DNA of 64,000 bases, from contig JBITNC010000001.1 of NCBI GenBank assembly GCA_050084985.1, forward strand, positions 32,240,001 to 32,304,000. Reading direction: 5' to 3'. Shown one piece after another: positions 28,923-39,900 of the stretch; the stretch's first letter is position 1, and every line of letters starts with the position of its first letter. The notes beneath the pieces were generated by a model. The model saw nothing but the letters and a program-made list of their open reading frames with translations. It had not been told where the DNA came from and did not search any database. Both the position numbers and the translations under genes were made by a program. Source of the DNA: Nageia nagi (Eukaryota; Plantae; Pinophyta).

Positions 28923-30462
28923 AAAGAGGATTATGATTGGGAGCATAGGTCCTCCCACATTTTCAAGGCATGTAAATTTATCTTTGTGATAGGCACTTAA
29001 TGCTGATGATTACCTATATTATCTCTACATTCCTATGCCTGGACAAGAGTAGTTCGATGTTTCTATTAGGGCTAGTATGGATAGTGTAAGACATTCTTTC
29101 TAAGGGTATGAGATATGTGTGGGCTCTAATTATCTTAGCTCAAATTTACAAGGACCTACATAATTTTATTTGTGTTGACAAGTTCAACATCATTATTTCT
29201 CATGTGGGCCTAAAAAAATTATGGGCATATGAGAAGATAGCTATGATTTAGCTAGTTAGTCTCTAGAGGTTGAGGGAAGACCCTACAAAGATTTCTATGA
29301 CCTAATGGTTGTCTAGGCTATGTGGGTATAGGTACCCATACACTTTGGAGGTAAGTAGATCAAATATTTATTGATTGCAACCTAAGGACCTAGTATGGGT
29401 CTCCTATGTGGATTTTATTTAGGATGAGGATTCCTACCAACTTATCTAGGTGAGGTAAACATGCTTCCTATAAACCTAGAGGAAGATTGTGGATCCATAC
29501 CTTCCCTAGTGGGTGCTCAAAAACTTTGGGATCCGATAAAGTATTCCACCTACCCCAATTTAATATATGCAATAGAGGATCAAGAGAGATGCCCCACTAG
29601 GGAACAAATCATGCCTAGATGGAAGACTAACTAAGAGGAACCCTAGATGTTGTACCTAGTTGAGGATACATCCATGGCCCTAGGCATAATGAAGGGGTAC
29701 ATGATATGTTGGGATACTATGCAACCAACCCTATTAGGCATGGATGATGATGAGGAGGAGGAGAATGAGGAGATGGTGGTAACTTCATAAGGGCATATGG
29801 ATGTGGACTCATAGAATGTAGATAATCCCATACATTACATTCCTATGTAAGAGTATCTCTTTGTACCAACACCAAGGCTAGAGGCCTTAGTTGAGGCCAT
29901 ACCTCTTGTTATGTTAGGTAACACTCTATGACACACATATTAGTTTATGACACTTTTTTTAGTTTTTGGATAACATATTTTTTAGAAGTAAAATAACATA
30001 GGACCTCTATGTGTTCTACAATAGAGACCACCACTTGGATTGATACCTTAAAGGCTAAGATTGATAGGTTGAAGCCTTTAAAGGCTAGGGTTCCTAACTT
30101 GGAATCATATATATTCACTCTATAGGCCATTCTTGCAGCTTGGGATACACAAATAGCCTCCATGGATCAGTCCATGAAGTGGTTATAAGAGAGGGTGGCC
30201 ATTCCTCTACCCAATGAGCAATGGGCCTTTATCCAAAAATTCATGGACAAGATAGAGAGGATTAGGGGAACATATGAGAGATAAAAAGTAATATTGGGCT
30301 CTCACGGTATTAGTGCTAGTGATGCATTAGGTGGGATGTCTATTTTAGGATAGAGTAGTGGTTCTAGGGGGGGTATCTAGATGTAGTAATGAGAGAAGTA
30401 GTGGCAGTAGTGCATGCCACTAGATTATACATTAAGAAATAGATCCACCCCTTTTTGAGTTT

Positions 30463-30645
30463 TATATATATATATATATATATATCTTATGTATACTTGT
30501 GAATTCATTTAGTTTTGTTATTTAGATGAATGATTTACATGTTTGCTCCATTGTACTTTATATATCTTATGTATACTTGTGAATTCATTTTATGTTTTGT
30601 TATTTAGATGAATGATTTACATGTTTGCTCCATTGTACTTATATA
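30463..30645. repeat. (TA)n microsatellite followed by a near-perfect ~80-bp tandem duplication
   Basis: TATATCTTATGTATACTTGTGAATTC...CATTGTACTT at 30481 and again at 30561. Confidence 0.9.
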
Positions 30646-31233
30646 TTTTCATTTGATTTTCAAGTACAAGTTTCAAAACTAAAATCAACAATCCATATAC
30701 ACCATTGCATATTTTTATTTGCAATCTAATCACATAAAAATGATAATTCAACTTTTGAAATAAATACAATGAACAATCTTAAAGTATAATTACATTAAAT
30801 TTTACTTTTCAAGTCAAACTCAAAAATTTACAAAACATAAACATCTCAATGGAATACAAGGAAGCATGATATATATTACTTTTTATTCTATTATGGAAAG
30901 GAATGTTGTTAATGGTGCAAAAATAATCTCACACCCTTAACAATGTGGGTGTTGATAATTTTGAAATAAAAATATATGAGGGACCCCTTTGAAACCTACC
31001 TAGAAGATGAATGAGACCATAACATGACCATTATGATAATGCAACATACCCCATTGACCATGTAAGAAACAACCTACTTATCATACACCACAAATTTGAA
31101 TTTTTCAATTTTAAGCAATAACTTTGCATACTTGGGAAGGCTTAACAACCCATACATAATTTGTAGACATGGGCATAAAAATAGGTGCCTTTCTTGTAGT
31201 GTAGCACTATCTGTTGGTAGCATGCAAATAGTC

Positions 31234-33480
31234 TTACACGCCATTACCAATATTCATTCTATAAGATCTGACATGGTATTTTGTTCTCTCTTCACTTGAG
31301 CCTTTGCTTACTTGTTGTTGATGTCTCCTACATTCATGCCTATTAGGAAAATAATATTTCATACAATGTGAAGTACTTACTAAACCAATAAATTCTTTTA
31401 GTTGTTGAGTTATCTTTGGTAAAGGGATCATAAATATTTCTAATTTTCCATTATTAAGATGTATAAGTCCTTTATTAGCTTTAGAATTATCATCCATCTG
31501 AATTGCTTTCTTATCAATGAAATCTTGAATGATATTTCTTAAAACCCTACAATTTCTTATTAGGTTCCTTGATGTCCTATGATAATTGCAAAATTCTTCA
31601 TATCTATAATTTTCAGGAACATCATTAGGAATGTGATGTTGAACCATTAGTGGAAGCTCAATAAGTTATTATTTTAATAACACATTGAGAATATTTCAAC
31701 AATATTAGTTAGCCTTGTAAACCTCCTTTATGATCTATTCTTATTTTATCAACATTAGCTATCAAAACTTCAATTTTCTTTGCATACACTTGAGGTTTCT
31801 TTTTATACACTTGAAGTTTATCTTTTATTTCATACACTTAAGATTTTTGATAAAAATTTTATAAGTTTTCTTGATACATTCTTCCTTTTAAAGAAAAATA
31901 TCTATCATTCTAGCTAATGTCAATCCATGATTAGAGATAACCAACAATTTATATTATGTAATAAAGTATTTGCAAAAGTATCCTTTAAATCCAACATAGT
32001 CACATCAATTTTATTTTCAATTTATTTCCATACTTTCACAAAATTAGATAAAGTTTGGTTAGGTAATTACTTATTTTACACAAATCTTTAATTGAACTTT
32101 TTCTATGATATTATATCTAAATTTTTTCAAAAATTTATATATAAAATCTTTATACTTATCGATATTCTTTTCAGGAAGACTAAAATACCATTTCAATGCA
32201 TCATCCTTTAAACTACTTGAAAATAATTTTATAAGTATATCTCTATCATGAACATATTCCATAGCTTCCTCTTGAAATTTTCTAACATGCATTTTTGGAT
32301 CTTGTAAACCATCAAATTTCATAAATTTGACATTCTTATTACCAATAAGAAATTTAGAAATAATTATATCAGTCAATGGGGGTTTTAAAAAAATAAGAAA
32401 TTATCTTCACCATATTTAAGAAAACTCTTTTTTGAATTTCTCAATCCTTTCATCCATTGTATTTCTTATATTTGGCACTATAGGAGGTTATTTTGGTTGT
32501 TGATTTTGCATTATCGATTGATTCCCTACATGTGTATTGATCTTTAGGGCTAGTGGTGGGGTTAGAAGTGGTGCATTTCTAGTTTGAGAGGGTGATTTAT
32601 TTGTTATTTCCCTTCTAATTTCATCCTCTTTAAGTTGTATAAATGGTCCAATGTTTATAGGAATTATTAACTATAGTAGAAAGTTATTTAGCAATATCTA
32701 CTGCAATTTCATCACTAACCAACATACCCTTACCTTTCTCCTTATTAGAACCTTCAGGAAGCATAGTTGAATTATTATCTTCAAAATGCATCACTAGATG
32801 TTTAGATTCTACTTCACTTTCCTCATTAACATCTTTAATGATCACCTTATTTTGGGGTCTAGTATCCTTTGCTTCCATATTGTTAGCAATGTGTGTATAG
32901 TCCATGCTTTTAGTGGTGTTCTTCTTAGCAATAAAAGCTCTCCATTTTTTAGACCCTACATTTTCATAAGAAAACAAATTATCCAATGTTGTCAAACTTG
33001 CTTCTAACAACTCATAATTTGTTAAGATATCTATAATCTCTTCAAAATTATTAGTAAGATAATACTCCTAATTTTTTTTATTAGATAGCAATTCTTTTAT
33101 TAATCTAACATGGCTAATAATTCTACTAATTCTTCAATTTCAACATCACTATTAGAAGTATCATCATGGATTCCTAAACTTATATTTTCAAAATCATAAT
33201 CATATATAGACATGTTAAACCTATTAAGAGTTAAGCCCAATACTTCTCCTAATACTATCCATTATCATCATCAGTATCATTATCCTTATTAGTATCCATT
33301 CTATCATTGGGATCAAGCTCTTACATAGGTAGATTAGGGTTAAACCTAATACTTCTCTTTATCTCATTAAAATGGGCCTTACTTCTAGAAACCCTAGGTT
33401 GTTCTTCATTCAAATTTAGCTTTGAAACATAGGTTTAATAAACCCTAGTTTTATCATTTTCTTTAGCCATTACTCTAAGT
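31234..33480 (-). pseudogene. gag: E2 gag pseudogene
   Basis: Retrotrans_gag-like KFDGLQDPKMHVRKF...LIKLFSSSLKDDALKWYFSLP (32071-32376); zinc-knuckle-like FCNYHRTSRNLIRNCRVLRNIIQDFID (31234-31647). Confidence 0.82.
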
Positions 33481-33567
33481 ACCTTGGGTAAGAAAAGAGA
33501 TAATAACACAAATGGATTCATAGCTTCTAAGAAGATATGCTCGAGAAAAAATCTAGGTGTGTAAGAA

Positions 33568-33581
33568 TGTCAGGTTCACTA
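33568..33581 (-). promoter_or_regulatory. E2 primer binding site (tRNA-Trp type)
   Basis: Minus strand TAGTGAACCTGACA versus TGGTGAACCCGACG, the complement of the plant tRNA-Trp 3' end as recalled; all differences are transitions. Confidence 0.7.
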
Positions 33582-33584
33582 AAA

Positions 33585-34290
33585 TATAGTCTATAAATTA
33601 TGTAAAATACAAATATACATAATAAATAAAAATAATCTATAATAAAATAAGAATAGATATATACATAATATAAAATAAATAAATATAAATGAAACACATG
33701 AACCTCATATGAAGTGCATGTACAATCATCAAAAGTAAATAATAATGAATCTTAAGGTTGGATCAATCATGTGGTTTGTAATAGATCTTTGTGTACATGA
33801 ATCACAAGCTTGACCATCAAAATATAGAACCCTTGATCAAGATGATGCATACCATTAGTATCATAGAATAAGTAGAATTATGATGTGAATTAAAGATAAA
33901 AAGTTTTAGATCTCAGAGTATAACAATTTCTCATAATAGATGGCATCAACAGATACCATAGCTTGATGAAGATTGCAAATGATAACCACCTATTAGAGAT
34001 CTTGTCATATCAAATAGTTCTGATCTATGGAGGTTAACCTATTCCACTTGCATATATAGCTTTCAAAAGACATAGAAAATAGTGAAATCTAATCTCTAGC
34101 AATAATATAAACTTTGTTGCATTCAAGATATTTAAAATATGAACCATGATAAATGATATAACATTTAATATAAAATTTGGTATTGCATTTAATATAACTT
34201 ATCTTGATATATGTAATATCATAATAAGTGTTTAGTAAGTCTAAATATGATTTATTAAATAAATAATAAATTATTTTTTAGGTGTCTAAA
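33585..34290 (-). repeat. E2 5' LTR
   Basis: Partner of 8355-9072, followed by TSD CTATC. Confidence 0.9.
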
Positions 34291-34560
34291 CTATCTTCTT
34301 GAGTGTTGACTAGTTACAACATGATAGTGTTGGCACCACAAGGTGTTATAGCTATAGGTACTCCTGGACATGATTGTATCACTTGTATTATGATTCATTA
34401 TGTCAAGGTGTAGACTAGTTATGACATGGTCTAGTGTTGGTAATGATATCAATTCCATTATCATCATATTGCATGCACTCCACCTATTTTTTGTACCACA
34501 TTTCACATCTTTCGAAATCTTATTTCATATATCCTAAAAACTAGTACAAAAGGGGGCATT

Positions 34561-35551
34561 TGTAGACACCTAAAAATTATTTATTCACCTAGCTTTGGTG
34601 ATTCATGATGATTTAGTTCATCTTGTAACCTATCATGACCAATCAGCCCTCCATTCTAGTTTGATTATGTTCATATAGTTGATTTTGATAACTTAGCCTC
34701 TTATTACCACCTTGTCAACCCTATCCCTAACTAACATAACAATTATGGGATCAGTTGGCTTGTTAAAATAAACCCTAACTGACACACCAGCTAGTCATTA
34801 TCATACAAAATTCATTTTAAAATAATTTTTTCCCAATCTAATCAATCATTACCTAATATATATTTTGATTTCTTGCATGTTTAACCTACTCCTGACTATG
34901 TACTCAAACTTTGCATCCTGCTACATTCCATTTTGTGCTCTACCCATCATTTCCAATGAAAATAGGTAACCATTATCTTTATTTTACAAAAGAAATCTTG
35001 GGTAAACTCTTGTGTTTTTAATTTTGTAAAGACCAACATTGTTTCAAAGATTTTTACAGGTTCCAAAGGTCACTCAAGAGCATTTTACTATATCATTTTT
35101 TTGTTATTATACTAACTCACTTGTGTATGGTTGAATTTTAGTATTTCTAGGTTAGTCTCTTATAGACTAAGGCTAGGATAGATTAGTTTATTTTAATATC
35201 TAGTTTAATCATTTTGGATTTTATGCTAGCTTGCATTATAGGTATTGAGTTGTTATTGAATACCTTGTTGACTCAAAGCTTAGTGGCTTACAAGCAAAAT
35301 AGACAAATCTTACTTGATTCTAGGGTCTTAAGGAATTAGAACTTAGAAACCTCCTTTTATCTTTGTTTTGTAGGTCATTTGGTATCTTGGGTATTTATAA
35401 AAAGAAAAAATCTCTAAATTATATCTCTATTTTATTTTATCATATTTATCTAATCATATTTCAAACAATATTTTAGATATTATAGCATAGACATTCCCAA
35501 AAGAGAGGCTTTAGGTGTGGGTCTTCTTGTTTCCATTTTGTGAAGCCTACA
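34561..35551 (+). repeat. E1 3' LTR
   Basis: Starts TGTAGACACC directly after the PPT; ends GCCTACA where the protease sequence of E6 resumes; partner LTR not in the window. Confidence 0.72.
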
Positions 35552-36263
35552 AGGGGTTGCTATGATAGTAATGCCTAAAAAAGTATATAATACCATTGGA
35601 TTTACTTACACTAAATACTCCACTAAAATGCTTTAGTTTGATGGCATAAATCTTAAAACCCTATATGTAGTAAAAGATGTCTCAATGAAGCTACATGGAT
35701 GTTTGGGAGTTTCAGTTATCCAAGATATCATAGTTGTTGACTTTCCTCCAATGATTAGTTTATGTTTATCAAGAGAATTTACTTTCAAATTAAGAGGGTA
35801 TTTAGCTATGGATTATTCCCACATATCAATTCCTTATAAGAATAAAATGTTCAATGTTGTAAATGAACTTGCAGTAAGTTTTCTTACAAAAAAACTACCT
35901 CAAATTAACATGGTAGATGAGTAGTCTATGTTGTAAAATGTTGTTCAAGAAGAATTAAACTCAGTTGATTTAGTTTTTTAATTAATGATTAATTAAATTT
36001 AAAGTAAGGGTATGGGATATTATGTCATTATTAAAGATATTACGGAATTATGAACCCTAATAATTTAGGAACTAAGGAAAAAGGAACTATGGCACATGCA
36101 TTTTGATGGTGTAAAATCAAAAAATAGAGCTAGAATTAGGGTAATTTTGAAATCCTTTTTAGGTGAAACTAATAGATACTCTTTTATGCTCACATGGAGT
36201 TGTACCAATAATGCAGTAGAGATGAGGCCTTATGCTTAGGGTTTGAACAAGTAATAAAATTAA

Positions 36264-36935
36264 GGAAAAATATCCAAAATACCCTCATATTTTCAATTAA
36301 TATCAAAAATGCCCTTATAATTTTAAAAATATCAAAACTAACCTTATTCATTTTGTAAATGTTGTTCCTTCCTCAAACCCTACTCACACCTACACTCTCT
36401 TCCTTTTTTGAACATGGATGCCTTAAAACATGGATGCACATTCAAATAAATGGGTTTAGCTTCTAGCATCTTCATGGATCTGAAGGAAACTCAATTTTTA
36501 TTTTGGTGGTTGATGTTTTGGTTTTTGCATTCTACTAAATCTTGAAGCAAGCAAAGTGATGCAATAGAGTAGACCCAAGAAACATTCTGCAAGGTTGGGA
36601 TTCAACCCATGATCCATGCTTCTTGCAAGAAATAATAGGAGTGGCTAGTGACAGAGGTGGATTCAAGCAACATAAGTTTGATGGATTTATTTCCTTCATG
36701 GCCTTCACATCCATGGACAAGATCTAGGTGCTAAATCTCTATGGCAACTCCTTTGCTAATGCCACCTCTCTACTACAACTTTTGGTAAGCATACGTACTA
36801 GGGACATAGCAGGATTTATGGATAAAATTTTTGATATTTTTTAAAAACATGACGAGGGTAATATTGATATTTTTAAAATTAAAGGGGTATTTTTAATATT
36901 ACATTAAAATATAAGGGTATTTTATATATTTTCTC
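36264..36935. mobile_element. Non-autonomous Mutator-like element (Pack-MULE) inserted in the E6 aRH domain
   Basis: ~90-bp imperfect TIRs (GGAAAAATATCCAAAATACCCT... / ...AGGGTATTTTATATATTTTCTC) with reiterated AAAATACCC; 8-9 bp AT-rich TSD (TAAAATTAA / TAAATTAA); host frame EQVIKL|NIKYL is restored on removal. Confidence 0.8.
36474..36785 (+). pseudogene. BRL2: Captured 5' fragment of a BRI1-family (BRL2/VH1-like) LRR receptor kinase gene
   Basis: With frameshifts: MDLKETQFLFWWLMFWFLHS (signal peptide-like)..VDPRNILQGWDSTHDPC..VTEVDSSNISL..FISFMAFTSMDKI*VLNLYGNSFANATSLLQL; matches the BRL2 N-terminus as recalled (DPNNILSNW..SPC..VTEINLS..IVSFNAFTSLDSLSVLKLSEN..NSTSLL). Confidence 0.72.
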
Positions 36936-39900
36936 TAAATTAAATATTAAATATTTGACAATATTTAGTGATTATGAATTGGTTATCAATCAAGTGATTG
37001 ACAAATGTTCTATAACATATTATCTGAAGAAGTATAAAAATAAAGTATGGGACCTACTAGAGAACTTTGATGCTCTAAATCTCACTGAAATCCTTAGCGA
37101 TTAGAATAATGAAGATGATGCTCTGACCTAGAAGGGATCAAAATTTGATTCCACACATCACGAGTTGAAAAGAAAAGGTATTCAACTAATCTCCAAACCT
37201 TATATTTTTGATAATGATTATTTTTGGTAGGGTTTTAATAGTGATAAAGATATTAACTCATTCTTGACTACTCAAATGTTATGCTCTAACAACCAAGAGT
37301 CACTGGTTAAAGCTTTTAGAGAGGAAGATATTGTAAAGTTAAAAAATAATACCTTACCCAAAGGTGTTATTACTTTTGAAGACCTTTTTAATAGCTATGA
37401 TAAAATAAGAAAGGAAAAAAATTTTGCTTCTCTTAAGAATTTTAAGAAGTTATAAATAGCTCTTAATAATATTCTTAAGGTTGATATAAGGAATACTTCC
37501 AAAGATATTGAAGAGATTGCTAAAATGATGAAGGAATTTGTTGGAGCCATGGCATAATCCTATGACGATTTGAAGAAGTATAAGAAATTGGTAGAAGAAG
37601 AAAATCCTTTTCAACAAAAATAAACATCAATAAATCCAAAGATTGAAGTTGTTATGCAACAAGAAATTCAAAATGTTTTTTAGGCAAGGATCATTTATCC
37701 CATTAAAACATTCTACTTGGGTGGCAAATTTGGTACTAGTTAGGAAGAAAAATGGGGACATTAGCCTATGTGTAGATTTTCAAAATCTTAATAGAGCCCA
37801 ATTGAAAGATAATTATCCATTACCACCTATAGAATAGATCATACACATAGTTTTTGGATTAGAATATTTTTCCTTCCTTAATGGTTTCTTTAGATAAAAC
37901 AAAATTTGGATGAAATATGAGGACCAATATAATATTGTATTCACCACAAAATGGGGAATGTTTGCTTTTCAACAGATTCCCTTTGGCTTTTATAATATCG
38001 AAGATACTTTATAGTGATTAATGGATCATCCATTTGGTAAAATGATTAACAAATATATTTTATTTTATTTGGATGATCTTACTATATTTTCAAATAAAAA
38101 TAAATATCACTTATAACATACCCAATAGACTTTCTTGAAATGTCAAGAGTTCAAAATATCTTTGAATCTAAAGAAGTCTATTTTTGTTGTAGATCAAGAA
38201 AAGTTGTTGAGTCATGTGATTTCCAAATATGGATTCTCTATTAATATGAAAATAGTTTAAGCTATCTCCAAGCTCACTATTCTATCAAATATAAATAACC
38301 TGCATGCTTTTCTAGGACAAATTAATTTTATGAAAAGATTTATTCAAGATTTCATCAGAATCACCTGGCCAATTATAGAACTACTAAATGATAAGGTTCC
38401 TTTCAAGTGGACATAAGAAAAAATTATGGTATTTGAACATATTAAATCAACCATTATATGTAATCCAATTTTGAGAAATATATTTTTTTCAAAGAAATTC
38501 ATCTTATATACATATGAAGTTGAAAAGAGTATAGCAATAGTTCTAACCCAAAAGGAAGATAATCATGATGAACACCAAATAACTTTATTTAATCAAACAC
38601 TACAAGATGCTAAAGGAAGATATGGATTTAATAAAAAGTAAGTGTTTATGATTATGAAAGCTATCAATTAGTTTCAATATTATATTTCTTAAAATAAAAT
38701 TTTAGTGCTTACAATTCTCCCAGATGTTAGAGGCTATATTTTACAAGATGAGATGGACCAAGATAGACCTGGATGGATCACCAAAATTTTGAAATATAAT
38801 GTAGATATTCAACCTACCAAGATAATCAAGGAAGAGCTCTCTGTAAATAATTATCTATGGATCTAAATTCAAAATAGATCATGATTGTTGAAGATGAAAT
38901 TCAAGATGTTGAACTGCAAAAAGAATCACAAAGCTGGTTGAAATAGTTATGTACATATTTTAAAAGTGGTAAGTTACCATATGAATTTAATTCTTCCCAA
39001 AGGTGAAGATTTAGGTTGAATCTACTTAACTATTGCATGATTGATTATCTTTTATATAGAAAATATCATGATGGAATACTTTTGAAATGCATATATCTGA
39101 AAAATAATCGCAAATTACAATCCATTACTACAGAAGAACAATTCCAACAATGGGTTCTAGATTTCATTGGTATGATTAATTCAAGGTCATTATCAAGGAA
39201 CAAGTTCATTTTAATAACCATACATTATTTCACTATGTGGGATAAATCTTTTGCATTGAAATACCAAGATCAAGATACTATTATCCCTTTTATGTAAAAA
39301 AATCATTACCAAATTTAGTATTCCTCATACTGTGATATCAAACAATGTTTTGCATTTTAGGAGCTTGATTCTTAGAGTTTTTACTTAAATATGGTATCTA
39401 TTATAAGACCTCTTAAAACTATTACCCACAAGGTAATGGGTTAGTTGAATCTATAAATAAAAATCTATTGAGGATATTGAAGAGAACAATGGATGAAAAT
39501 CAAAAGGATTGGGATTAAAAGCTCAATCTTACACTTTGAGCATATTAGATCACATACAAGTCTTCAATAAAATTCTCCCCTTATGTTTTGGTATATGGAA
39601 AAATAATACTTTTATAATCAAATATTGATTTACCTTCCTTGGAATTGCTCCATAAATATGAAATGAATGATTAAGATCCATTACAAGTGAGAATGTTCGA
39701 TTTGATGTATTTAGATGAACTCCAAAAAAAATCATATAAGAAGATTTAGAAAAGAAATAATGTGATCAAAAAATGGTTCAATAAGAAATATGCTTTAGAT
39801 GTTTTTTTTAAGCATGGTGACTTTATTTTCAAATAGGATGAGGACAGAGCTAAACTCGAACACCACCAAAATTTTGATTCATTATGGTTTGGACCATATA

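Larger units (their letters stand above)
22217..30390 (+). pseudogene. PMD/MAIN-like gene remnant, antisense within E2 and split by E4
   Basis: LMALVERWDLDTKIF..EMIVTLLDVYRV*GIPIQG (~22710-22830); after E4, RYVWALIILAQIYKDLHNF, LWAYEKIA, acidic DDDEEEENEE and a coiled-coil tail to ~30300; putative acceptor TTTTGTTCTTGTAG|G at 22558; start and end approximate. Confidence 0.78.
8355..34290 (-). mobile_element. E2: non-autonomous (pol-less) gypsy-type LTR element with gag and an antisense PMD gene; about 8.6 kb without its nested insertions
   Basis: LTR pair 8355-9072 / 33585-34290; perfect TSD CTATC (8350-8354, 34291-34295); Trp-type PBS; PPT at 9075-9089; gag remnants 31234-33010; no RT/RH/INT motifs outside the nested elements. 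Confidence 0.9.
1..35551 (+). mobile_element. E1: degenerate Tat-type Ty3/gypsy LTR retrotransposon (5' part outside window), interrupted by E2 (8355-34290)
   Basis: pol remnants at ~790-3880 in the order RT-RH-aRH-INT; long 3' region with antisense PMD ORF and tandem repeats; 3' UTR resumes after E2 at 34291; PPT AAAAGGGGGC at 34548-34557, then an LTR TGTAG...CTACA. Confidence 0.8.

Noticed and set aside
22217-30390. Host MAIN/MAIL-like cellular gene
   Set aside because: It lies between the paired LTRs and TSD of E2 and is full of stops; it is element cargo, as are the copies at 5100-6620 and 51137-53450
34261-34590. Apparent MITE with inverted ends (GGTGTCTAAA...TGTAGACACC)
   Set aside because: Explained by the facing termini of the E2 5' LTR and the E1 3' LTR
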